64,000 nucleotides of DNA from an uncultured Nitrospiraceae bacterium (GCA_963811165.1 CAWEQH010000010.1:384001-448000), one strand, 5' to 3'. Positions 30,071-40,688 are shown, numbered from the stretch's first letter. The notes: generated by a model not told the origin, from the sequence alone. Numbers and translations: made by a program.

Positions 30071-31315
30071 TTATTGCGAGACGATCAGTTTCCTGGGCAA
30101 CCTTATCGTAATGATCGTGCCTCTTCCCCCGCTTTCGAGTTGGACCGTTCCGCCGTGGGACACAACGATTTTATGTACAATGGATAAACCTAGCCCTGTG
30201 CCTCTTTCTTTGGTCGTGAAGAAAGGGAGGAATATCTTGTCCCTGATGTTTAGGGGAATGCCGTGGCCGGTGTCCGCAACCGAGATGTCAAGGCAATCGC
30301 CCACAGAGCACGACACAATCAAATCACCTCCCTCGGGCATCGACTCCACCGCGTTTTGAAGAACATTCGTAACCGACTGCCGCAACAGCACCTCGTCGAC
30401 CCTGATCACCGGCAGCTTATCGAGCCGCTCGATTATCCGCACTCCCGGGACCGAATCCGCGACTGCAGATATACAGCCCCTCAGAAGACCTTTCAGGTCA
30501 ACTTCTGAAAATATCAGGTCTGTCTGTCTGGCAAAGGAAAGAAAGTCCGAAATTATACGATCCATTACCGCCACTTCTTTCAGGATCGCCTCGACCGTCG
30601 GATAAAGCGTACTGTCCACCTTTTTTGACAGCAGTTTTGCATACCCCGATATCACACCCAGGGGATTCCTGAGTTCGTGGGCAATACCGGCGGACATTTC
30701 GCCCAGTGTCGACAGCCTCTCCCTGAGCTCCATCTGAGACTGGAACGCCTTAAGTTCAGTAAGGTCGGTGAAGACAAATATCTTGCCGATGATTTTATTT
30801 GCACTGTCTTTCAAAAGAGAAATATTAAGACCGAGCCATATCCTCTTGCCGCTTTTTGTCACGTAGCCGATTTCGGCCCTTTCCACCACCGGCTTCTCGG
30901 CGATAATCCCGGCCACAGGTTCATTAAATATCTCCGAATATTTTTTGCCGATGCTCTCGGTTTCCCTCATCTCAAGCATCTTTTCGGCCGACTGATTCAT
31001 CTTCGTGATGCGCAGTTCCTGGTCGAGACTGACCACGCCGCTCGGTACGCTCTGGAGGATATCTTCGTTGTAAATCTCGATAGAAGAGGCCCTGTCTTCA
31101 GCCTTCCTCTTAAGTATCTCGAGTTCCCTCTCCTTTTCCTTCAGTTTAGAAACTAGGTCGTGAAATGTATCGACGACAAAGCCCACCTCGGTTGAGTCCT
31201 TATCGACAACATCACGCCTCTTTCTGCTGCTGCCCATTATCCTGGCAATGTAGAGCCAGATAAAGAGCAGACCGACAAGAACAAGTGTGACAATCATTAT
31301 GGTCGCATGGTTCAT
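30071..31315 (-). CDS. PAS-domain sensor histidine kinase (NtrB/PilS-like)
   Basis: N-terminal TM helix, PAS, AHELRNPL H-box, DTGHG, FFTTK, GTGLGL. Confidence 0.92.
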   Translation of the reverse strand: MNHATIMIVTLVLVGLLFIWLYIARIMGSSRKRRDVVDKDSTEVGFVVDTFHDLVSKLKEKERELEILKRKAEDRASSIEIYNEDILQSVPSGVVSLDQELRITKMNQSAEKMLEMRETESIGKKYSEIFNEPVAGIIAEKPVVERAEIGYVTKSGKRIWLGLNISLLKDSANKIIGKIFVFTDLTELKAFQSQMELRERLSTLGEMSAGIAHELRNPLGVISGYAKLLSKKVDSTLYPTVEAILKEVAVMDRIISDFLSFARQTDLIFSEVDLKGLLRGCISAVADSVPGVRIIERLDKLPVIRVDEVLLRQSVTNVLQNAVESMPEGGDLIVSCSVGDCLDISVADTGHGIPLNIRDKIFLPFFTTKERGTGLGLSIVHKIVVSHGGTVQLESGGRGTIITIRLPRKLIVSQ

Positions 31316-31378
31316 ATCGTCAGTATCCCAGGGAAGTTTTCATAACTAAACCGGCCTGCCGAAGGCCGGTCTCTTCTT

Positions 31379-32143
31379 TCAACGAAGATACCACAACAAT
31401 ATTTCCTGTCCAAAAAAAAGGGTTATCACCGCGCCGAGGGCCAGGAAGGGACCAAAAGGTATCTTTGTCTTTCTTCCCCTGCCCTTGAAGACCATCAGAA
31501 AAACCCCTATGAGAGATCCGGCAAGACTCCCCAAAAATGTAGTCAGAAGGACCGATTTCCAGCCCATCAACGATCCGACCATGGCCATCATCTTAATATC
31601 ACCCCCGCCCATACCTCCCCTGCTCAGGACCGCAACAAGATAGAAAAGACCTCCGCCCGTAATCATACCTATCAGGGAGGCCTTGTACCCGAGCAGGTCG
31701 GCCCGCATAAAGGGATCGGGAAGAAGAAAGAACCCTGCCGCCAGTCCTATGGGGATGCCGGCAAGCGTTATACGGTCCGGAATAATCTGAAACTCCAGGT
31801 CGATAAACGTTATTGCGACCAGCGACGAACAAAGTACCGCGTATACAACGGAGCCCCATCCGATTCCATATCTCCAGACGACGGCTGCATAGAGAAAAGC
31901 GTTCAGCGCCTCAACCAATGGATACCTCAGTGATATCTTCGCCTTGCAGTTCCTGCATCTGCCGCCTAAGAAGAGATAACTAATAACCGGAATATTGTCC
32001 CAGGGACGTATCGCAGTATTGCAGTAAGGACACCTCGATGAGGGAAATACTATAGAGAGGTTCCTCGGTATCCGGTATATGCAGACGTTTAAGAAAGATC
32101 CGATGAGAAGACCGAAAGCGACAGCCATGACATATTCAGACAT
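31379..32143 (-). CDS. pilD: Prepilin peptidase / N-methyltransferase
   Basis: GSFLNVCIYRIP, CPYC...CRNC, GMGGGDIK, PFGPFL. Confidence 0.95.
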   Translation of the reverse strand: MSEYVMAVAFGLLIGSFLNVCIYRIPRNLSIVFPSSRCPYCNTAIRPWDNIPVISYLFLGGRCRNCKAKISLRYPLVEALNAFLYAAVVWRYGIGWGSVVYAVLCSSLVAITFIDLEFQIIPDRITLAGIPIGLAAGFFLLPDPFMRADLLGYKASLIGMITGGGLFYLVAVLSRGGMGGGDIKMMAMVGSLMGWKSVLLTTFLGSLAGSLIGVFLMVFKGRGRKTKIPFGPFLALGAVITLFFGQEILLWYLR

Positions 32144-32145
32144 TG

Positions 32146-32460
32146 TTACATTCTCGCGCTACTCATCTCCGAGACCTTCTTTTTCAGCTCGTCGATATTT
32201 TTCTCTATTTTTTTTATCTCGTCCATCGCCGCCAGGACAGTCCGATCCCGCATAACGTTTTTGTCGGGATTGCCATTCAGTTCATAGACGCGCAGCCCTA
32301 TAGTCTTAAGCAATGCTTCCTTGCTCTTTTCCATCTCATCCGACTGATAAAGCAGCCTAATAACCGCAACCTCGATCTTCAGCCTTTCGGATAGGACAAT
32401 CGCGACCCATTTCAGCCTGTATAAACCTTCCCTGAAATTCTCTTTCAGTCTCTGAAACAT
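32146..32460 (-). CDS. Hypothetical coiled-coil protein
   Basis: ORF coupled between recG and pilD; helical and charged. Confidence 0.65.
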   Translation of the reverse strand: MFQRLKENFREGLYRLKWVAIVLSERLKIEVAVIRLLYQSDEMEKSKEALLKTIGLRVYELNGNPDKNVMRDRTVLAAMDEIKKIEKNIDELKKKVSEMSSARM

Positions 32461-34559
32461 TATTCCCCCTGTGCCGTCTGATAACAATCAGCCTTCCCCG
32501 GCAAGAAAGCCTCAGAAGACTTTCTCAGCAACGGGAAACATTCAATCTCCCGTCCGGTATCGACCAGATCAAAGGCTTCCCTTCTGGCAACTTCCAGTAT
32601 GTCCAGGTCTCTCACGGGATCGGCCACTTTAAAGTCCGGCATGCCCGCCTGTCTCGTGCCAAAGAACTGCCCCGGACCCCTTATCGCGAGATCTTCTTCC
32701 GCTATCCGGAAACCGTCTGACGTTTTGACCATAACTTCGAGCCTACGCCGGGCATCTTCACCAAGAGGCTCATACGCGATGAGAAGGCAGTAGGACAATT
32801 CCCCACCGCGACCTACCCGGCCCCTTAACTGATGGAGTTGGGCCAGTCCAAACCGCTCGGCATGGACAATGACCATGACAGTGGCGTTCGGCACATCCAC
32901 TCCGACCTCGATAACCGTCGTACTCACTAAAATGTGAGTCTCCCCTCTCTTAAAGGACGACATCGCCGCCTGTTTATCTGAGGGGCTCATCCGGCTGTGA
33001 AGAAGACCTACCTTCAATTCCGGAAATATTTTCCGGAATGCCTCGTGCCCTCGCACTGCGGATTTGATGTCGGCATTTTCTGATTCACCGATAACAGGGT
33101 AAACCACATATGCCTGTCTGCCCTTCCCGATCTCTTCTTCCATTGTTGCGTATATAGCAGTCTTCTGTCCAGGCATTAATACCCTCGTCACCATCGGCTT
33201 CCTTCCCGACGGCATTTCCCTGATAACGGAATAATCGAGATCGCCGTACATGGTGAGAGCCAAAGACCTCGGTATGGGTGTCGCAGTCATCACGAGCACA
33301 TGAGGACTCGTTCCCTTTTTCTTCAGGAGGCCCCTCTGTGTTACCCCAAACTTGTGCTGCTCGTCGATCACGACAAGTCCGAGATCGCTAAAAATAACGC
33401 CTTCCTGGATAAGCGCATGGGTACCAACTACAATCGCCACTTCTTTTGAGGCTATCATATCAATATCTCTTTCACTCGTTCCGCCGGCCACAAGCGCCGT
33501 CTTAATACCCATATTTTCAACAACATTGCGTAGCGTATAAAAATGCTGCTCGGCCAGCACCTCGGTGGGTGCCATGAGCGCGGCCTGACAGCCGCATTCC
33601 GACGCATGAAGCATGGCCAGAAGAGCGACGATAGTCTTGCCGCATCCGACGTCGCCCTGGAGTAGTCTTTTCATCGGGTACGTTTTGGCCATGTCACTTT
33701 TGATTTGAGCCAAGACCATCTCCTGATCTCCTGTTAATACGAAGGGAAGTCTTTCCATAAGTTTTCGCTGAAAAACGCCCTCACAACTGAGCACCTTCCC
33801 TTCTTCGCGGCTCTCCTTCTTCCTCATCATCGCCATAGCTAATCCGAATGAAAACAGTTCATCGAAAATCAGCCTTCTATGGTATATGCTTTCCCGGCGG
33901 TTCAGCGACTCCGCATCACTGCCGCGAGAGGGAAAATGCAGTTCTTTGATGCTCTCTTTAAGGGGGGGGAGATTATGTTTTTTTAATATATCTACGGGCA
34001 GCGGGTCGATTATCTTATCTGCAAAGTCCTCGACAATATCGAACATGATCTTTCTAAACTGCTTCTGGCTGATCCCCTCAGTGAGACGATATACGGGGAC
34101 TATCCTTTCGGCATGGATAGAGGAATCGTTGTCTTCGCCGACGATCTCATACTCGGGGGTATTGAAACCCAGCGCGCTTGAAAAAGGGTCCCTCTTCACC
34201 ACTCCGCTCAGAAGGATCTCCTGTCCGGCCGCTATATTCTTTTTCATAAAAGGCTGGTTAAACCATCTTGCCGCTGCCACGGCGGTCCCGTCGTCTACGG
34301 TGATCTCAAAAATTCCCAGTCGGCGGCCCCGCAACCCCTTGACTCCGGCCGTTATGACTCTCCCCCGGACGGTCTCCCACTGACCTTCTCTAATGTTGAG
34401 GATGTCGTTAACCCTGGACCTGTCTTCATAACGATTGGGGAGATAAGAGAGAGAGTCCTTCACCGTGGCAATGCCGATCCCACCAAGTAACTCGGCCCTT
34501 TTGGGACCGACACCCCTGGCGCAGTGTATGAGTACTTCTGATAGGTTGCTATCCATCAA
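32460..34559 (-). CDS. recG: ATP-dependent DNA helicase RecG
   Basis: QGDVGCGKT, DEQH, TATPIPR, QLHQLRGRVGRG, RGPG. Confidence 0.96.
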   Translation of the reverse strand: MMDSNLSEVLIHCARGVGPKRAELLGGIGIATVKDSLSYLPNRYEDRSRVNDILNIREGQWETVRGRVITAGVKGLRGRRLGIFEITVDDGTAVAAARWFNQPFMKKNIAAGQEILLSGVVKRDPFSSALGFNTPEYEIVGEDNDSSIHAERIVPVYRLTEGISQKQFRKIMFDIVEDFADKIIDPLPVDILKKHNLPPLKESIKELHFPSRGSDAESLNRRESIYHRRLIFDELFSFGLAMAMMRKKESREEGKVLSCEGVFQRKLMERLPFVLTGDQEMVLAQIKSDMAKTYPMKRLLQGDVGCGKTIVALLAMLHASECGCQAALMAPTEVLAEQHFYTLRNVVENMGIKTALVAGGTSERDIDMIASKEVAIVVGTHALIQEGVIFSDLGLVVIDEQHKFGVTQRGLLKKKGTSPHVLVMTATPIPRSLALTMYGDLDYSVIREMPSGRKPMVTRVLMPGQKTAIYATMEEEIGKGRQAYVVYPVIGESENADIKSAVRGHEAFRKIFPELKVGLLHSRMSPSDKQAAMSSFKRGETHILVSTTVIEVGVDVPNATVMVIVHAERFGLAQLHQLRGRVGRGGELSYCLLIAYEPLGEDARRRLEVMVKTSDGFRIAEEDLAIRGPGQFFGTRQAGMPDFKVADPVRDLDILEVARREAFDLVDTGREIECFPLLRKSSEAFLPGKADCYQTAQGE

Positions 34560-35670
34560 CTGATGGCTGATCTTTTTTCTGTGCTTCCTTCTTTAACGTG
34601 TCTTCAAGGTTCTTGTCCGTCTCTTCCATCCTGATCTTTGAATATTCCGTATCGCTGATGATGTCGATATCCCATCCGGTAAGCTTCATCGCAAGCCTCA
34701 CATTTTGCCCCTTTTTCCCGATCGCAAGGGACAACTGCTGGTCGTTAACGACAACCATAGCGGTCTTGCCTTCTTCGTTAATCCCTATCTTGTCGATCGC
34801 TGCCGGACTCAGCGCCCTTGCAATCAACATTCTGGGGTCGTCTGCCCATGGAATGATATCGATCCGCTCGCCTCTGAGTTCACGCACAATCGTCTGGACC
34901 CGGGTCCCCTTCATCCCCACGCAAGAACCCACCGGATCAACAGCGCTGTTCTTAGAATACACGGCAATCTTCGTCCGTTCCCCAGGTTCCCTCACAATAT
35001 TCTTAATCAGGACAAGCCCCTCGCTAATCTCCGGGACCTCCATCTTAAACAACCCGGCCACAAACTCCGCAGATGTCCTTGAAATAAGAATTGCGGGACC
35101 CTTCGTCGTTATTTTCACATCCTCAATAATCGCCTTTACCGGGTCACCCCTCTTAAGGTTCTCAGTCGGCAGAGTGTCTTTGATCGGAAGTATTGCCTCG
35201 GTCTTTCCAAGGTTGATGTAATAAAACCCTTTTTCCTTCCTCATTACGGTTCCGGTGACGATCTGACCTGCCTTGTCCTTAAATTCGTTATAGATAACAT
35301 CCCTCTCCGCTTCCCTGACCCTCTGGAATATGACCTGTTTTGCTGTCTGCGCGGCAATCCTGCCTAGATCCTGGAGATCAAGCGGAATATCCACGGTTTC
35401 GCCTTCATTTTTCTCAGGGTCAATCTTCTTTGCTTCCGGCACGGAAATTTCTACATTAGCGTCATTCACGATCGAAACTATCGTTTTGGTATCGAAGACT
35501 CTTATATCGCATTTCTGCCGGTCAATGATCAGATTTATGTTAGTTCTACCGCCGTATTTCTTCCGCATTGCAGACAAAAGCGCAGATTCAAGGGCCTCTA
35601 TCAAGATCTCTTTCGATATTCCCTTTTCCCTGCTTATCTGCTCTACGACATGACACAACTCTTTTGTCAT
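34549..35670 (-). CDS. nusA: Transcription termination factor NusA
   Basis: GRIAAQTAKQVI.Q, VPEI, DPVGSCVG.KG.RV, AIGKKGQN. Confidence 0.97.
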   Translation of the reverse strand: MTKELCHVVEQISREKGISKEILIEALESALLSAMRKKYGGRTNINLIIDRQKCDIRVFDTKTIVSIVNDANVEISVPEAKKIDPEKNEGETVDIPLDLQDLGRIAAQTAKQVIFQRVREAERDVIYNEFKDKAGQIVTGTVMRKEKGFYYINLGKTEAILPIKDTLPTENLKRGDPVKAIIEDVKITTKGPAILISRTSAEFVAGLFKMEVPEISEGLVLIKNIVREPGERTKIAVYSKNSAVDPVGSCVGMKGTRVQTIVRELRGERIDIIPWADDPRMLIARALSPAAIDKIGINEEGKTAMVVVNDQQLSLAIGKKGQNVRLAMKLTGWDIDIISDTEYSKIRMEETDKNLEDTLKKEAQKKDQPSVDG

Positions 35671-36128
35671 TTCAGCTCCATCTCCAATCTCGCCTTTGAG
35701 ACCTGCGCAAATGGGATCTCTATCACTTCATTATCTTTCATAGCCAATATAATAATATTATTTCGTATTTCCGTGATCCTGCCGACAAAAAAGTTTTGTC
35801 TCCCTATACTCTCCTTCGTGATAATCCGCGCTAATTTACCAACACTCAACTCGAAGTCTCTCGCCCTCTTTAACGGTCTGTCAAGTCCAGGAGATGAGAC
35901 CTCAAGGACGTATGCCGACCTGATCGGATCCTCCACGTCAAGAACCGCGGATACTGCACGACTAAAGTGCGCGCAGTCTTCAAGGGTAACGCCGCCCGGT
36001 TTATCGATAAATATCCGCACCGTGGGCCTCCTCATGCTCCCGACAAATTCGATGTCGACCACCTCCACTGCGTATTCAGCAGCCACTGAACCGGCCAACC
36101 CGGCTATTTTCCCTTTAATATCTTCCAT
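35667..36128 (-). CDS. rimP: Ribosome maturation factor RimP
   Basis: DC..FSR, LEVSSPGLDRPL; start placed at MEDIK. Confidence 0.95.
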   Translation of the reverse strand: MEDIKGKIAGLAGSVAAEYAVEVVDIEFVGSMRRPTVRIFIDKPGGVTLEDCAHFSRAVSAVLDVEDPIRSAYVLEVSSPGLDRPLKRARDFELSVGKLARIITKESIGRQNFFVGRITEIRNNIIILAMKDNEVIEIPFAQVSKARLEMELK

Positions 36129-36136
36129 ATAAAACA

Positions 36137-36160
36137 AAAGAGTGGGATTGCCCACTCTTT
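36137..36160 (-). promoter_or_regulatory. rimP leader hairpin (GAGTGGG-N4-CCCACTC)
   Basis: Perfect 10-bp stem AAAGAGTGGG/CCCACTCTTT 8 nt upstream of the rimP start; resembles the conserved rimP-nusA leader. Confidence 0.75.
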
Positions 36161-36232
36161 AATCATAAAACTTCAAGAACTAATATTGTTTATTCTACAA
36201 AATTACCGCCAAAAAATCAATCCGTATTCCAT

Positions 36233-37825
36233 TTAAGTGTTCCATTTAAGCACCATACCCGGCAATCTCCCTGTAGGCATACCTTCCCGCACTGCAGGGA
36301 TACCGTTTACTAAAACGCATACGACCCCCTCGGGCTTTTGGAAAGGGTCCTCAAAGGTCGCTATGTCCGTAATTTTTTCTGCATTGAAGATGACGATGTC
36401 CGCATAGTAACCCGCCTTCACCATGCCTCTGTCACGCAGTCCGAACGTCCGTGCCGCCAGTTGGGTGGATTTGTATACAGCCTCGGACAGAGAAAAAAGT
36501 CCTTCCTTTCGGACATAATTGCCCAGTAATCTGGGAAAGGCGCCGAACCCCCTGGGATGGGGTTTCCCCCTTCTCGTTGGTCCGTCAAAGCTCCTCGCAG
36601 AACTGTCGGAACCTATCATGCAATAAGGCAGGGAAAGAAACTTCCTCAGATTATCTTCATTCATCGAAAGAAATATCGCGCCGACCCTGAGCCTCTCTTC
36701 GACAAGCACCTCGAAGACCGTCTCCATCTCGCTCTTTCCGCGCTCGCCGCTGATTTGCGCTATAGTCTTTCCCTCCATCCATCTGTTCTTTTCAGAAACA
36801 ACTGAGGACACTATCACTTTTTCCCAATAGCCCCGCAAGCCGGATTGTTCGCGTATCTCTAGAGCTATTCTGTCCCTTTCTTTTTGGTTCCGGAGTCTTC
36901 TCAGTTCTTCTTCGTTCCCCTTTTCAAAAACCCAAGATGGTAATATTGAGTCGAGATCGGTACTTGACGCTATGTAAGGATAACGGTCGCAGGTAATACT
37001 TACGCCCCGGCTACGGGCCTCGTTAAGCATGGAAAAAACGTTCTCCGACTTCCCCCAGTTCCGCTCCCCCGCTGTCTTTATGTGAGAAATATGGACTTTT
37101 ACACCCGTCTCCTCTCCTATCCTTGTAACTTCCTCCACCGCTTCGAGAAGTCGGACGCCCTCACTCCTCATGTGGCTTGTATAAATAAGCCCCTTGTTTC
37201 TGAGCTCCCTGGTAAGATGGATAAGCTCTTCGGTCCCGGAGTATATGCCGGGAGGATATATCAGACCCGTAGAGAGCCCAATCGCACCGTCTCCTATCGC
37301 CTCTTTCAATAATGCAGCCATCCCTTCCAGTTCCTCCTGAGAAGGTTCTTTATCATCATATCCAATCGCCGAGCCCCGGATATTTCCATGGCCTGCGAGA
37401 AATGCCATATTGATCGCAAGACCGTTTTTTTCAAGGAGAGCGAAGTATTCACTAAACGTATTCCACCTCTCCTTTATGCCGAGTTCCCTCATATCCTCTT
37501 CGCGTTTTTCAGCGACTTTCCTATAAAGAGGTGCTGCGGACATTCCGCAATTTCCATTGATCTCGGTCGTTATCCCCTGACAGATCTTTCCTTCTGCACG
37601 GGGATCGGCCACTATCGTAAAATCAGAGTGTGAATGGGTATCGATGAACCCCGGGCAGACAGCCAGCCCCCCGGCGTCAATGATCTCCCTGGCGCCCTTT
37701 TCACCGGATCGGCCTATGAAACCTATCCTGCCATCCACTACGCCTATGTCGCAGATATGGGGGTCGGAAAGACTTCCGTCGTACAACAGTCCGTTTCTAA
37801 TCAAAATATCGAAGGTCTTGCCCAT
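36233..37825 (-). CDS. N-acyl-D-amino-acid deacylase (D-aminoacylase)
   Basis: PGFIDTHSHSD, GNCG, STGL.YPP, HISH, HPRGFG.FPR. Confidence 0.92.
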   Translation of the reverse strand: MGKTFDILIRNGLLYDGSLSDPHICDIGVVDGRIGFIGRSGEKGAREIIDAGGLAVCPGFIDTHSHSDFTIVADPRAEGKICQGITTEINGNCGMSAAPLYRKVAEKREEDMRELGIKERWNTFSEYFALLEKNGLAINMAFLAGHGNIRGSAIGYDDKEPSQEELEGMAALLKEAIGDGAIGLSTGLIYPPGIYSGTEELIHLTRELRNKGLIYTSHMRSEGVRLLEAVEEVTRIGEETGVKVHISHIKTAGERNWGKSENVFSMLNEARSRGVSITCDRYPYIASSTDLDSILPSWVFEKGNEEELRRLRNQKERDRIALEIREQSGLRGYWEKVIVSSVVSEKNRWMEGKTIAQISGERGKSEMETVFEVLVEERLRVGAIFLSMNEDNLRKFLSLPYCMIGSDSSARSFDGPTRRGKPHPRGFGAFPRLLGNYVRKEGLFSLSEAVYKSTQLAARTFGLRDRGMVKAGYYADIVIFNAEKITDIATFEDPFQKPEGVVCVLVNGIPAVREGMPTGRLPGMVLKWNT

Positions 37826-37834
37826 TGATGAGAT

Positions 37835-38482
37835 CTATGGCCTTACATTGCTCTCGCCGTCCGCCCTGGTGGCAGGCTGCTGCACAAAGAAAGATTCGGG
37901 AGATTGAAGACTCTTCAAAAAAAGAGGCAATAGGCATGATGACGCGACGCGGGCGCGGCCCCAGAAACTGGGCGTATCGCAGGTCCTCATATTTTCCCTG
38001 TAGGCTTCGAAAGCCATATTTTTCAGGATGGGAAGACATGTCATTGTCAGACCCATCGTGTGGAAAAAATCCCTGGCGGGCAGTCCCACCCTTTCGAGCG
38101 GACCAAATAGCCTTCCAAGTCCGTCTATCATCTCTTCTGCCTTTGTAAAGGACATCAAGACCTTTGCCCCTCCTATCATAAGGAAGACCCTCAGGGTGCG
38201 TACTGCAGCGATATGGACACCTTCGTCGGTAAGCATAAGCACCCCTGCCGAAAAAACTATCCTGCCATGGCGTCCGACGGCATTGCTTATGAAAGTGAAG
38301 AGGAGGAACATGCTTATAGGCAACCATCCTGATTTGAGGGTTTTTAGCGGCATCTTCACGAAAAAAAGGCCAAGAATTGCAGCGGCGCACAGATATGCCG
38401 GCAGGTTGTCGAAAACAAAAAGAAGCACAACGAAAAGGCAGTAGAAAACGATCTTCAACTCAGGCTTAATCTTTAGAGTCAA
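37835..38482 (-). CDS. EcfT/CbiQ-like transmembrane protein
   Basis: P..KI N-terminus, several TM helices, GL..LF.PL...GLP pattern. Confidence 0.75.
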   Translation of the reverse strand: MTLKIKPELKIVFYCLFVVLLFVFDNLPAYLCAAAILGLFFVKMPLKTLKSGWLPISMFLLFTFISNAVGRHGRIVFSAGVLMLTDEGVHIAAVRTLRVFLMIGGAKVLMSFTKAEEMIDGLGRLFGPLERVGLPARDFFHTMGLTMTCLPILKNMAFEAYRENMRTCDTPSFWGRARVASSCLLPLFLKSLQSPESFFVQQPATRADGESNVRP

Positions 38483-39638
38483 CTGTTCTCCCTACGTGTG
38501 CGATGGTTTGTGAATCCGGAGCAATAGACATGTATTTCGAGATGCCGGAGGCGATGAACCTTGCAATTTCTTCCCTGTACATATCTTTTGACAGCAACTT
38601 CTCTTCAAGAGGATTGCTGATAAATGATACCTCGGCAAGCACCGAGGGCATTCGCGCGCCGAAAAGCACGTAAAACATGGCCCATTTCACCTTCAGGTCG
38701 ACCACGCGCGGATACTTATCTGTCAGCCCTCTTACCATCGCCATCTGGATATAATTGGCGAGTTTATTGGATTCGTCTCTTTTGTGGTCTCTTTTTAGAC
38801 TCGCCAGCTCCACGTCAAGAAAATCCGACTCATTTTTCATCTCTTTCATCTTCTTAAGGGATATCTGGTTTTCCCTCGCGGCCACTTTCATCGATTCCAT
38901 ATCGTCGGACCAGTTGAGAAAATAGGTCTCTATGCCTTTTGCGTCTTTATTCGGACTTGCATTGGCATGCACAGAGACGAAAAGGTCGGCCTTTTTGCTG
39001 TTTGCTATCGCAGTGCGCTCCACAAGAGGGATAAAAACATCCCTGTCCCGCGTCAGAAATACCTCGATATTAGGATCTTCGGACAATATTTTCTTTAACT
39101 TCAGCGCAATATCGAGGACTACGTCCTTTTCACAAAGTTTTTTCGGTCCGATCGCACCCGGGTCGTGGCCTCCATGGCCGGGATCAATGACTATTCTCTT
39201 TTTAGAGGAGACAAGCGGCTGCGCCGATGTCCCGTAGACATCGATGATTATCCTCACCGGGTCTTCAAGGGTAATCATTTTATAGTCCCTAATCTTTTCC
39301 AGATCGAGCACGACCCTCACCGTGTTTTCGTTGAACTGGGCAGCACGCACAGATTTAAGCATGCCGTTTCCGATGGGCAGATTCGTCTTTAATTCCTTCT
39401 TGATAGAGCTGCCCTTTATATCGAAATACAGTCGGTCAGGATTAGCGAGTCGCTTTTTTGCATATTCAACACTGCCGGAAAGTGTTACCACTACCCTCGT
39501 GTAATCAGGATATGACCAGTAGCTGATATCCGTGACGTCGACGATCTCGGAGGACTGTGAAGGGTGAGGGAAAAGGAAAAAAAGGACGGGCACAAGCAGT
39601 AACAGAAAGGTCCGCCTGTTTACCCCTACCGCGCCCAA
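38466..39638 (-). CDS. amiC: N-acetylmuramoyl-L-alanine amidase with AMIN domain
   Basis: IDPGHGG.DPGA, FVSVHANA, PSVLAEVSF; RVVLDL AMIN; exact start uncertain. Confidence 0.9.
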   Translation of the reverse strand: MGAVGVNRRTFLLLLVPVLFFLFPHPSQSSEIVDVTDISYWSYPDYTRVVVTLSGSVEYAKKRLANPDRLYFDIKGSSIKKELKTNLPIGNGMLKSVRAAQFNENTVRVVLDLEKIRDYKMITLEDPVRIIIDVYGTSAQPLVSSKKRIVIDPGHGGHDPGAIGPKKLCEKDVVLDIALKLKKILSEDPNIEVFLTRDRDVFIPLVERTAIANSKKADLFVSVHANASPNKDAKGIETYFLNWSDDMESMKVAARENQISLKKMKEMKNESDFLDVELASLKRDHKRDESNKLANYIQMAMVRGLTDKYPRVVDLKVKWAMFYVLFGARMPSVLAEVSFISNPLEEKLLSKDMYREEIARFIASGISKYMSIAPDSQTIAHVGRTVDSKD

Positions 39639-39674
39639 TTTAGATCAATATTCTCCTTACGTCCGTAGTTCCCA

Positions 39675-39896
39675 TTATACCGCCTGTACGGAGGTGATCT
39701 CCGGTATCTCCTTTTTTATACTTGATTCTACCCAATTTTTCATTGTCAGGGAAGACATGGGACAGGTACCGCAAGCGCCCTTCAATTTTACATACACTAC
39801 CGTATCTCTGACGTCGACAAGCTCAATGTCACCGCCTTCAGACTTCAGGCCCGCTCTCACCTTATCTAAGATTGCTTCCACTCTTGCCCTTAGCAT
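39675..39896 (-). CDS. NifU C-terminal (NfuA-like) Fe-S carrier
   Basis: GGDIELV, GACGTCPMS..T. Confidence 0.9.
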   Translation of the reverse strand: MLRARVEAILDKVRAGLKSEGGDIELVDVRDTVVYVKLKGACGTCPMSSLTMKNWVESSIKKEIPEITSVQAV

Positions 39897-40027
39897 TAGA
39901 CCTCCACTCAATCTCAATAATAATAGAAAGGCCTGAAATATTCAAGTGTTATACGATGTTAACCCTCCTTTTGTCTTGATAATAAGCGATTATTGCCATA
40001 GTCACCGGAGGTAAACCGGAATATATC

Positions 40028-40522
40028 TCAGCCGACTTTTCTGAAGGCCTGTTTCTTTGCCTTGCAGACCGGACATTCATCAGGCGCCTCTCCTTCGGCA
40101 GTATAACCGCATACCTGGCACACATAATAGTCGGCTTCGGCATTGTTGCCGAGGCTGTCGAGAGCCGCCTGGTAGAGACGGGCATGGATCTTTTCGACTT
40201 CATTGGCAAGACTGAAGCTCCTGAGTGCCTTTGCATGGCTCTCTGCCTTTGCTTGCTCTATCATGCGGGGGTACATTTTTTGAAATTCATAAGACTCCCC
40301 GCTTATTGCCGCATCGAGATTATCTCTCGTGCTCTTTATCCCGTTTAACTCTCTGAGATGATTATGCGCATGAATCGTCTCTGCTTCGGCGGCCGCCCTG
40401 AATAACTTTGCAACCTGCAAGAAACCTTCTTCCTCGGCCTTTCTTGCAAAAGCGAGATATTTTCTGTTTGCCTGGGATTCTCCCGCAAAGGCCTCCTGCA
40501 AATTTCTTAAAGTGTCTGACAT
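40028..40522 (-). CDS. rbr: Rubrerythrin
   Basis: AFAGESQA, E..H motifs, CQVCGY...CPVC. Confidence 0.95.
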   Translation of the reverse strand: MSDTLRNLQEAFAGESQANRKYLAFARKAEEEGFLQVAKLFRAAAEAETIHAHNHLRELNGIKSTRDNLDAAISGESYEFQKMYPRMIEQAKAESHAKALRSFSLANEVEKIHARLYQAALDSLGNNAEADYYVCQVCGYTAEGEAPDECPVCKAKKQAFRKVG

Positions 40523-40688
40523 AATGATTACTACCTCCTTTTTTTTAATAACCCTTAACCCTATTATATGATATAAACTTCTGCAACAGAATTATTAATT
40601 ATTTCAACCACTAATAGTCTTAAGAAAAAGCCCGCCATCTATCTTTCAGATGCTTGCCTTCGGATATTTTTCCCTGTATGATTTTACT

